Positions 8,593 through 15,528 of a stretch of 45,820 bases of DNA are shown piece by piece (positions within the stretch are counted from its first letter, which is position 1; each line of letters opens with the position of its first letter). The notes under the pieces were generated by a model, which searched no databases, was not told where the DNA came from, and saw nothing but the letters and a program-made list of their open reading frames with translations. Location: positions 1 through 45,820 of the IMG/VR virus record IMGVR_UViG_3300033067_002195, one strand, 5' to 3'. The DNA is from a virus. Lineage: Duplodnaviria > Caudoviricetes. The position numbers and the translations under genes were made by a program.

Positions 8593-8778
8593 TTAAGAAT
8601 TAAAAAGTTTAACTCCCTTAAAATTATCAAACTTCCCATAGCCTCCTAAAATCCAGTTGCCTTCTGGCTCTTCACCACAACCAGGACACTCTCGTAGAAT
8701 TTTCTTTACCCAACCCTTCTTCTCATTAACAAACAGGTGGTGCTCGCATTTGCGACAGATAAAATAAAGTTCCTTCAT
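8593..8778 (-). CDS. Zn-ribbon protein
   Basis: CRKC...CPGC. Confidence 0.7.
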   Translation of the reverse strand: MKELYFICRKCEHHLFVNEKKGWVKKILRECPGCGEEPEGNWILGGYGKFDNFKGVKLFNS

Positions 8779-8790
8779 ACATTTTAGAGA

Positions 8791-9030
8791 TTAAGAATTA
8801 TGATTACCGCACCTAACGGCTTCCTCTAAAGTATTATGTCGGCCAGCTCCACAGCTATAACTACTGGCACAAAGGCCACAACTCATAACAATCAAATCAG
8901 TGCCATGCTTACACATTGCCTGCGCATGTAAGCGTCTGCTTACCTGTTCGTAATCTTCAACTTCTTTAGTTTTCCACCGTGGGTGACCCATCCAATTAGT
9001 GTCATCCCAGTCTTGGTATAGTATTTTCAT
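8791..9030 (-). CDS. Cys/His-rich hypothetical protein
   Basis: ORF track; bounded by the 16-bp linkers. Confidence 0.6.
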   Translation of the reverse strand: MKILYQDWDDTNWMGHPRWKTKEVEDYEQVSRRLHAQAMCKHGTDLIVMSCGLCASSYSCGAGRHNTLEEAVRCGNHNS

Positions 9031-9049
9031 ATCTTGTAGAGATTAAGAA

Positions 9050-9274
9050 TTAAACTTCCCACTTAAAATAGTTGCGGCTATACACAACCCATAGAGCTAT
9101 GTTCATCGGCAGTAAACCCCAAGCTCCTGTAAGGAGTATCCACACAAGCCAAGCCAACTGCCCGAACAGTCCAAACAACCACGCTCCACGCTTCTTATTA
9201 CCAGCCAACAGCATTGTATAGATAGTGTTTGCCGACAACAGCCAGGGCAAGTAAAAAATAATTAAATGCTTCAT
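9050..9274 (-). CDS. small 3-TM membrane protein (PnuC-like half-transporter resemblance)
   Basis: Three hydrophobic segments; AWLFGLFGQLAWLVW. Confidence 0.6.
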   Translation of the reverse strand: MKHLIIFYLPWLLSANTIYTMLLAGNKKRGAWLFGLFGQLAWLVWILLTGAWGLLPMNIALWVVYSRNYFKWEV

Positions 9275-9564
9275 ACCCACCTCTCCTTCTCATCGTCAAT
9301 TATCTTTTTGGCTGCGGAGAGGGCGGAATTAAAGCCAATATTCTCTTCTGGCACACACGAACAATAACCCTCGTCATCACAAGAGGCAACACTTTTCTCC
9401 TTCGGCCAATTCTTCATTACACTCCCTAACACTGCAAGAGCAACACGTTTGTTGGAGGCGGAGAGGAAAGTTAAAGCATTCCTCTTAAACACAAACGGCT
9501 TGCCGTGCTCATCAAACCAAAGCTTCTCAAATTCCTCCTGCTCACGGTTTAAAATTTCGTTCAT
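9271..9564 (-). CDS. hypothetical protein (paralogue of 10214..10510)
   Basis: Shared PK.K...GFNS.LS.....ID motif. Confidence 0.65.
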   Translation of the reverse strand: MNEILNREQEEFEKLWFDEHGKPFVFKRNALTFLSASNKRVALAVLGSVMKNWPKEKSVASCDDEGYCSCVPEENIGFNSALSAAKKIIDDEKERWV

Positions 9565-9763
9565 AAAATTATTTCCATATTAAATACTCAAACATTGCAC
9601 AACTTAATATCACTACCCATTCAATCCATATGTTTTCTTTCAAATCTGTAGCTCTATCTAAAAAACTCGCTAAAGATACGAACTGAATGAGACTTAGTAT
9701 AGTTGTTATAACTATTTGTGTTGTCATAAATTTAAAGCTTAGTTATTTCTTTAATACCGTCAT

Positions 9764-9952
9764 CTACAGAATTATAAGGTAGTAAAGCAGTAGTATTAGT
9801 AATAAAAATCCGAGCGGAGCATAAGACTCTTGGTTTTGCGGATTGTAATATCTGGGCTTAGGTTTTTTAATAACCCTAATTTCCATCAGTAAAAATACTA
9901 TGGTAAGTAAAAGGCAAAGTCCTAAAAGAACAAAAGCTATAAGATACTTCAT
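9764..9952 (-). CDS. small 2-TM membrane protein
   Basis: Two hydrophobic stretches; AAAGGAGAGG upstream. Confidence 0.65.
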   Translation of the reverse strand: MKYLIAFVLLGLCLLLTIVFLLMEIRVIKKPKPRYYNPQNQESYAPLGFLLLILLLYYLIIL

Positions 9953-9965
9953 ACCTCTCCTTTCT

Positions 9966-10217
9966 CTATCCCTTTAATACCGTCCAAAAATCTACATACT
10001 TTAAATCAGGGCGCATTTCAAGTAATCTTTCTTTTGGTACTCCAGTCATTCCGTGAGTTACATACTTCCATTTAATGCCACAACCTTTTCTTGTTTCATC
10101 AGTAATTCCGTAACCTAAGTTAGTATTGTGTTTTTTTTCGTCTGGATTACAACCTTTTCCGCAATTACCGCATTCACTACTCCAGCCATCAATAAATAAG
10201 GTATATTTCTTTTTCAT
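9966..10217 (-). CDS. Cys-rich hypothetical protein
   Basis: CGNCG...H...GCG; ATGA-coupled. Confidence 0.7.
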   Translation of the reverse strand: MKKKYTLFIDGWSSECGNCGKGCNPDEKKHNTNLGYGITDETRKGCGIKWKYVTHGMTGVPKERLLEMRPDLKYVDFWTVLKG

Positions 10218-10510
10218 ACATCTCCTTTCTCTATCCCCTTAATACCCTCATCTATGGCTGAAGTAAAGGTGGAGAGGCAGGAGTTGAAACCATCAGCCTG
10301 TAATACTTTGCCAAGAGCAGCAATATCAGTTCCAGCAACACGCTTTCCTTTCGGCCCCGCTTCTCTTACTGCTTTTAACAGGTTTATAGTTGCTTTGCGA
10401 AACCATTTATTAAATTCAGTTGAGTGGAGCTTTCCGGCTAAAAATAGTCGTTGATTTATGTCTAGTTCTTCCACCCCCTCAAGGTGGGCTTTTAGTATTA
10501 GGTTATTCAT
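10214..10510 (-). CDS. hypothetical protein
   Basis: ORF track; paralogous motif GFNSCLS. Confidence 0.65.
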   Translation of the reverse strand: MNNLILKAHLEGVEELDINQRLFLAGKLHSTEFNKWFRKATINLLKAVREAGPKGKRVAGTDIAALGKVLQADGFNSCLSTFTSAIDEGIKGIEKGDV

Positions 10511-10514
10511 AGGG

Positions 10515-10781
10515 TTATAAATTATTTAGTATTTCGTAAGAACATTTAGCTAGCTTCCAAAAATCTTCTGTATTAATATTTTCATCAAATGGACGGCCAC
10601 CAACAAAATGCAAATCAACGTTTTCTCTTATTGTAAAATAGGCCAAAGTATAGCAACTCATTGAATCTTCGTTCCATTTAACTATCTCAATAGTCTTATG
10701 TTCAAAATTGCTACTCAGGCGTTGGTTGCAAGAACGTGCTTCTAATAAACCTATTGATTTGCTAAAAATGAATTTTTCCAT
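10515..10781 (-). CDS. hypothetical protein
   Basis: ORF track; GAGG upstream. Confidence 0.7.
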   Translation of the reverse strand: MEKFIFSKSIGLLEARSCNQRLSSNFEHKTIEIVKWNEDSMSCYTLAYFTIRENVDLHFVGGRPFDENINTEDFWKLAKCSYEILNNL

Positions 10782-10930
10782 TTTTTCCTCTCTCCACCAT
10801 TTAATTGGGTGGGGTTAAACGCTTTTTAAGTTTAGGCAATCTCACTTCTTTGTAATATTTCTCGCATTGCTTACAGTAACAGTATTCAATTACTACTTGC
10901 GGTTTATGTGGTGGTTTGCGCCTCATCTCT

Positions 10931-11245
10931 TTACTCCTTTCCTTTGGTTAGATATTTGGCTCTTAGTTGTTTTTGAATATTAGGGAGTATTAGCTTATTA
11001 AGGTATTCAGTCATTACATCAGCTTTTTCTACCATCTCAGTATCTTCTGGTTTAGTTGCTGTAAATTCAATAGTTCCTAAGTCTTCTATCAACTCCTCTA
11101 TCTCTTTCTTATGTTTCTGTTCTTGGGAGGAGAGGAGGGAGGAAATGAAAGTTTCAACATCAAAAGTTTGTACATAGTCCCATAATAAATCAGGGCGTTT
11201 TTCATCTACAAACTCTTTTTCAAATTGTTCTTTCCAGTCGTCCAT
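10931..11245 (-). CDS. hypothetical protein (paralogue of 12416..12649)
   Basis: Both start DW(K/R)E, contain I.SLL and end QL(R/K)AK(Y/W)L. Confidence 0.7.
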   Translation of the reverse strand: MDDWKEQFEKEFVDEKRPDLLWDYVQTFDVETFISSLLSSQEQKHKKEIEELIEDLGTIEFTATKPEDTEMVEKADVMTEYLNKLILPNIQKQLRAKYLTKGKE

Positions 11246-11265
11246 ATTATTTTAATTAGTTAGTA

Positions 11266-11429
11266 AAAGCTTGAGTGGGCGGTGGTAACCGCACAGTCTA
11301 TACATATGACCGGCGACGGCAGCTACCAACCGCCCGCCCAAGCTTTCGCTCGGGTTGCCTACCCACCCCGCTTAAGCCATTACTCTTAGCAATGTGTCAG
11401 AAAGGCTGTCGGCGGGGTAGGGTACGCAA
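11266..11429. ncRNA. GC-rich two-domain structured intergenic element (unassigned)
   Basis: Two long closing stems: aaagcttgagtgggcggt/accgcccgcccaagcttt and ttgcctacccaccccgc/gcggggtagggtacgcaa. Confidence 0.5.
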
Positions 11430-11521
11430 TAACGATATTAGATATTTAAATATAGTTCGTGTAGTTATCTGAATGTGTTTTGTAGTTCATATGTTTATAT
11501 TATTCTACCCCATAAGGGGTT

Positions 11522-11935
11522 TTAGTTTTTAAGAAGCTCTGGGTTAGAATATATGTTGCCGATGACTTCGACAGGCTTCGGCAAAGAGTAACCATGCGCC
11601 ATTCTGTGGTGTTTAGGGCAAAGGTAAATAACGTCCAGCCAATGTTCTTTCTGATATCCTGCATAATGATGAGCCTCTAAATCATGTCTCTCTTGGCACA
11701 TTGAGGCAACACAATACGCCGGTGGCCTAATATCTCCTCGTTCTCTTGCTCGCCATACTGCATTGCGAGCCGCCCAATGCAAAGCGTTAATTTGTTGCTG
11801 TTTTTTGTCTTTCCTAGCTTGCGTCGCCTTACCCGCTGGAGTTTGTCTGTATGCTTTCTGTTTTACTAAACGATTCGCTTTATGCTTTTGGTAAGACTTC
11901 CGATTCGCTGCTCGAAAGTAGCTCAGGGGTTTCAT
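11522..11935 (-). CDS. HNH-type endonuclease fused to a YopX C-terminal peptide
   Basis: Basic N-terminus, C..C, EAHHY..Y...LDVIYLCPKHH; ends VEVIGNIYSNPELLKN. Confidence 0.75.
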   Translation of the reverse strand: MKPLSYFRAANRKSYQKHKANRLVKQKAYRQTPAGKATQARKDKKQQQINALHWAARNAVWRARERGDIRPPAYCVASMCQERHDLEAHHYAGYQKEHWLDVIYLCPKHHRMAHGYSLPKPVEVIGNIYSNPELLKN

Positions 11936-12263
11936 ATGCGTTTCCAATTACTTTTGCACTTGCTGATGCCCGACCAAGCACCGTTTGTCCAACTGACCAA
12001 CATCCACCTCTCTCATTCCAAAATACTTTAAAGTATTTGCCACTGTTGTTGAACTCAAGCAAATCATCCTCATAAATCTTTTTACCGTTCTTGTCTTTGA
12101 GGCCGGTGTATTGCATGAGTTCAAACTTTTTGGGGTAGAAGTCGTCACGCATAATGATTTCCCCCTCGAAGTTGATGCTCATGTGTTCGGCTGTGTGAGC
12201 TGATAGCGGGGGATACATTATCTTCTTTTCCTTATCCCACGCCCTAAATTTGATTTCTCTCAT
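11880..12263 (-). CDS. YopX-family protein
   Basis: MREIKFRAWDK, LMQYTGLKDKNGKKIYEDD, VIGNAYETPELL. Confidence 0.92.
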   Translation of the reverse strand: MREIKFRAWDKEKKIMYPPLSAHTAEHMSINFEGEIIMRDDFYPKKFELMQYTGLKDKNGKKIYEDDLLEFNNSGKYFKVFWNERGGCWSVGQTVLGRASASAKVIGNAYETPELLSSSESEVLPKA

Positions 12264-12282
12264 ATTTTTATTAGTTAGTTTG

Positions 12283-12414
12283 TTATATCACCCCACTCCA
12301 CAAAACGAACATCGCTATCACGGCGACAACGAGTGCGCCGCCGATGTAGTCTTCCAGGTAGTGGGTTTGCTGTTGTCTTTTGTATAGTCTAAAATATTTG
12401 TCTTGGGTTGTCAT
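12283..12414 (-). CDS. small membrane protein (43 aa)
   Basis: Hand-translated MTTQDKYF...IGGALVVAVIAMFVLWSGVI. Confidence 0.55.
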   Translation of the reverse strand: MTTQDKYFRLYKRQQQTHYLEDYIGGALVVAVIAMFVLWSGVI

Positions 12415-12415
12415 A

Positions 12416-12649
12416 TTAGTTGAGCCACTTGGCTTTTAGTTGTTGTTTAAGATAGTCTAAGTCTTCGGCTGGCATATCGCTGAAATGTCCGGTATCCTCT
12501 ATCACCTGCTCAAGTAGGGATTTGATGCGCGGCTCCAATTTTTTCCAGTAGTTATCAAGAAAGACTTGAGCAATATCCCTTGGTAGTTCTAGCTGATTAG
12601 CTATTTTATAAATATTTACATTGGGCTTTAATTCTTCTCTCCAGTCCAT
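12416..12649 (-). CDS. hypothetical protein
   Basis: ORF track, tightly packed with neighbours. Confidence 0.7.
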   Translation of the reverse strand: MDWREELKPNVNIYKIANQLELPRDIAQVFLDNYWKKLEPRIKSLLEQVIEDTGHFSDMPAEDLDYLKQQLKAKWLN

Positions 12650-12650
12650 A

Positions 12651-13370
12651 TTAAATACTTTTTAAATCTTTTAGTCTTTCTTCTACTTCTTTTTTGTCGT
12701 AAGTGATTCCGCCTATGATAATAGTTTCTTTAACCATAACGTCTATGCCAGTAATATCTTTAAACACTTCTGCATCAAAATTAGGTAAAGCTAAAAACTT
12801 CTTTCTGTTTTCCTCGTCAGTATCTCTCCAAAAGTTAGCCCAAGCTTCCTTATACTCAAATTTCTTTAAGTAACCTTTTCTTACATAAAACATTGGGTCG
12901 GCTTTCTTTTCTTCGTCTGTCATTTCATCTTCTGAAATCCATTTGGTTAAATAAAATTCTCCAAAGTGGGGGTGATTTATTTCATCCCATTTTTTATCCG
13001 TTGGTTTATTAAACATTCTAATATTCGGTTCTTCGGAATTAAAAATTCCGCTTTCTCGGTTTGTTGAGTTCCCGTAACCAGAGTTCCAGTCACCAGAGTT
13101 CCAGTCACCAGAGTTCCAGTCACCAGAGTTCCCGTAACCAGAGTTCCAGTCACCAGAGTTCCTGTAACCAGAGTTCCTGTAACCAGAGTTCCCGTAACCA
13201 GAGTTCCCGTAACCAGAGTTCCTGTTACCAGAGTTCCAGTAACCAGAGTTCCCGTAACCAGAGTTCCTGTTACCAGAGTTCCAGTCACCAGAGTTCCAGT
13301 CACCAGAGTTCCAGTCACCAGAGTTCCCGTAACCAGTATTTTCTAAGCCTGTGTTGTTTTTATTATCCAT
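12651..13370 (-). CDS. NSGxx pentapeptide-repeat protein
   Basis: 17 NSG[DNY][WRG] units followed by a globular domain ending LPNFDAEVFKDITGIDV. Confidence 0.85.
   Translation of the reverse strand: MDNKNNTGLENTGYGNSGDWNSGDWNSGDWNSGNRNSGYGNSGYWNSGNRNSGYGNSGYGNSGYRNSGYRNSGDWNSGYGNSGDWNSGDWNSGDWNSGYGNSTNRESGIFNSEEPNIRMFNKPTDKKWDEINHPHFGEFYLTKWISEDEMTDEEKKADPMFYVRKGYLKKFEYKEAWANFWRDTDEENRKKFLALPNFDAEVFKDITGIDVMVKETIIIGGITYDKKEVEERLKDLKSI
13066..13335 (-). repeat. 15-bp coding tandem repeat, 18 units
   Basis: + strand unit gagttccNgtNacca; only two positions vary. Confidence 0.95.
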
Positions 13371-13396
13371 ATATTTATATTAATTATTTTAATTAG

Positions 13397-13591
13397 TTAG
13401 TAAAATCCTTCGAGAGCTTTTGTGTAATCAGGGTTTTCTTGGGTTTTAAGTTTAGGGTAAGGGGTTATGCCGTCAACTTTATCGGCTGAAACATATTTTT
13501 CAGGAAAAGTGTAAATTGCCTTAGCTCCACTGTTAAGTATTTTCCAATATTCTACACTTTCCCCTTTGAGTATTTTTACTTTTAGTTTCAT
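13397..13591 (-). CDS. hypothetical protein
   Basis: ORF track, operonic spacing. Confidence 0.6.
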   Translation of the reverse strand: MKLKVKILKGESVEYWKILNSGAKAIYTFPEKYVSADKVDGITPYPKLKTQENPDYTKALEGFY

Positions 13592-13594
13592 AAA

Positions 13595-13840
13595 TTAATC
13601 TTTCTTATCAAAAACAACAATTAAACTATCTTTACTTTTACCTTCTCTTGTCCAGCCACCATTGCAGTTATAAAATTCACCTAAATAAATTTTGGCTGGT
13701 GTTTCCTGTGTCGGCTCGCTTATTGGTTGTGGGTAAGTAGTTTTTGAAACAAACAATCTTACAATATCTTTTTCAAACTCATTTTCTGGGGTCAATACTA
13801 TTTGCTGTCTATTTTCTTTTGTAATTAGTAATGTTTTCAT
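13595..13840 (-). CDS. hypothetical protein
   Basis: ORF track, operonic spacing. Confidence 0.7.
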   Translation of the reverse strand: MKTLLITKENRQQIVLTPENEFEKDIVRLFVSKTTYPQPISEPTQETPAKIYLGEFYNCNGGWTREGKSKDSLIVVFDKKD

Positions 13841-13844
13841 AAAT

Positions 13845-14219
13845 TTAATAATTCTTTTTACCTATTAAGTTCTCCACTGCTGCGTAAGTCGGTGATCCAT
13901 CAGGGAACAAAATACCTACTTCATCACCAACTTCTAACTTATAATATCTAGCCGTTGAATTTAGTATCTTGTAATACATGCCATTATCTATTTTTACATA
14001 GCAATCTTTGCCGACTTGTGTTACAGTAGCCAAAGCTCTATTTCTAGGTACTAAATCAATCTGTTTATAAACATACTTACCTGTTTCATCTATGCAAAGT
14101 TTTAAAGTATCTCCTACTAGCAATTTACTCTTAGAAGCATAGTTTTCAGGTACTCCATACCATTGTCCGTCTTCTCCTATCATATTCCAACCTGTAAATT
14201 TTCCTATTATTATTTTCAT
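13845..14219 (-). CDS. homologue of a conserved Patescibacteria protein of unknown function
   Basis: Y.VP.NYASKSKL..GD.LKL.I...G...YKQI motif, recalled from CPR proteomes and not searched. Confidence 0.65.
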   Translation of the reverse strand: MKIIIGKFTGWNMIGEDGQWYGVPENYASKSKLLVGDTLKLCIDETGKYVYKQIDLVPRNRALATVTQVGKDCYVKIDNGMYYKILNSTARYYKLEVGDEVGILFPDGSPTYAAVENLIGKKNY

Positions 14220-14740
14220 TTTAGATGTTTTACAGCTTCAATAAAGCTGGTTATGTTATTATTTTTCATTAAAAAATCAATACTATCACCGTGAGCATTA
14301 CAACCAAAACAATAAAAAGTATTATTAGGGTATAAAACAAAGCTTCCTGTTTTTTCTGAATGAAACGGGCAAATCCCAATAAACCTCTGTCCAGTGCACC
14401 TAAGCTTTCCTGTAAACAAGTCTGCAATAGGTCGTTGCCTCGCCCTATCTATATCCATCTGGGTAATACCACGATTGTTTTGTCTTTCTCCAGAAGTTAC
14501 ACTAACGTAAAACTTGATCCTGGACTGTAACGTTTTAAGTTCTCGTAAAATCGCTTCTTCAAATAAATCCTTAAGCCATTCAGGTGAATCAGTGTTTTGG
14601 AAAAAAAGTATTTTTTCTTTCTGCAATTCATAACACCTGTCTCTTAGTTGTTTTAAAACTTCTTTTAAAAAAGCTTTGCTTGGCTTAAAAATTTCAAATG
14701 GATCATAAATTGGTTTTCTGTACCGGATTATCTCGTTCAT
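14216..14740 (-). CDS. CHC2 zinc-finger (primase Zn-binding domain) protein
   Basis: CPFHSEKTGSF...FYCFGC...GDSIDF; no TOPRIM domain follows. Confidence 0.88.
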   Translation of the reverse strand: MNEIIRYRKPIYDPFEIFKPSKAFLKEVLKQLRDRCYELQKEKILFFQNTDSPEWLKDLFEEAILRELKTLQSRIKFYVSVTSGERQNNRGITQMDIDRARQRPIADLFTGKLRCTGQRFIGICPFHSEKTGSFVLYPNNTFYCFGCNAHGDSIDFLMKNNNITSFIEAVKHLK

Positions 14741-14987
14741 ATTCGTCTATCATTTCCATTGTCCGGGCATAGCCGGCAATGTCAATTAAATTATCTAACT
14801 TGTTACCATTAACTTGCCGGGAAACCTTTAACAAAATCATACACAGAGCAACTTGCCTAGGCGTTACCTTTTTACCAATTACCACACTCCACATAGTTGC
14901 GGTTCTGGTAAAATCATGAATCGGGTGTCCATAATCCATATGCCTATCCTCCATTGTTAATTTATTTGCTTTTTCAAGAATATTCAT
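14703..14987 (-). CDS. DUF6378-like phage protein (putative nucleotide hydrolase fold)
   Basis: DR..DYGHP...F.R.A.MWS...VALCMILLKVSR...DNLIDIAGYA. Confidence 0.8.
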   Translation of the reverse strand: MNILEKANKLTMEDRHMDYGHPIHDFTRTATMWSVVIGKKVTPRQVALCMILLKVSRQVNGNKLDNLIDIAGYARTMEMIDEYERDNPVQKTNL

Positions 14988-15169
14988 AGTTGTTTAAAAG
15001 TAAACAAGAGATTCCGCTTTATTCGCTGTTTTTCCTCTTCTACTGTTGATTTTTTAAGTTTTTCTAACTTGTTAACAATTTCAATGTCCCTAGTATTACC
15101 GAACCTTGGTTTAAATTTTGCAATAAACTCATTAAGCTGGTTATCTATTATTTGTTCTACTGTTTGCAT
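14984..15169 (-). CDS. hypothetical protein
   Basis: ORF track, ATGA-coupled. Confidence 0.65.
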   Translation of the reverse strand: MQTVEQIIDNQLNEFIAKFKPRFGNTRDIEIVNKLEKLKKSTVEEEKQRIKRNLLFTFKQL

Positions 15170-15182
15170 GTTTATTTAGTTG

Positions 15183-15500
15183 TTATTCTTTGGGTGAATT
15201 AAATACTAAGCTTTCTTTTTCAACGAATGTGGCATCGCCTGTTGCTTGCTCTTCTTTTTTACGTTTTTCAAGCGCTTTTTCAGCTTGCTGGGTAGTGGGA
15301 GAATATGTCAACGTTTTACGTTTTTGAACAGAAAAGGAAAACCCGGGTAATTCCGACAAAGCCACAGGTTGATTTGTATCCCCTTGGATGTCTTTAACTT
15401 CTTTAAGTGCCTGCTCTTTGAGCATTTCAAGTTCACTTTCATATTTTGCTATTTGAATTTTAATTTCCGCGTACCTTAGTAATAGTTGTTTATTGGGCAT
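15183..15500 (-). CDS. coiled-coil phage protein (gp157/Gam-like position in recombination module)
   Basis: N-terminal coiled coil; adjacent to nuclease. Confidence 0.6.
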   Translation of the reverse strand: MPNKQLLLRYAEIKIQIAKYESELEMLKEQALKEVKDIQGDTNQPVALSELPGFSFSVQKRKTLTYSPTTQQAEKALEKRKKEEQATGDATFVEKESLVFNSPKE

Positions 15501-15528
15501 GTTATTTAAAGTTTAATTTTGCAAATTT

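Larger units (their letters stand above)
8587..9052 (-). repeat. three exact 16-bp linker repeats TAATTCTTAATCTCTA
   Basis: Copies at 8587-8602, 8785-8800 and 9037-9052, each at a gene junction. Confidence 0.9.

Noticed and set aside
8587-9052. Mini-CRISPR made of 16-bp repeats
   Set aside because: The intervening sequences are ~180-240 bp whole genes and no cas genes are present.
13066-13335. CRISPR array or DGR variable region
   Set aside because: Units are contiguous in-frame 15-mers without unique spacers. No reverse transcriptase or template repeat is present, and most adenines are invariant.
12977-13396. (VTGTL)n ORF 12977..13318 and (QSSxx)n ORF 13061..13396
   Set aside because: Shadow frames of the repeat. 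The NSG frame has a proper start and a globular C-terminal domain.
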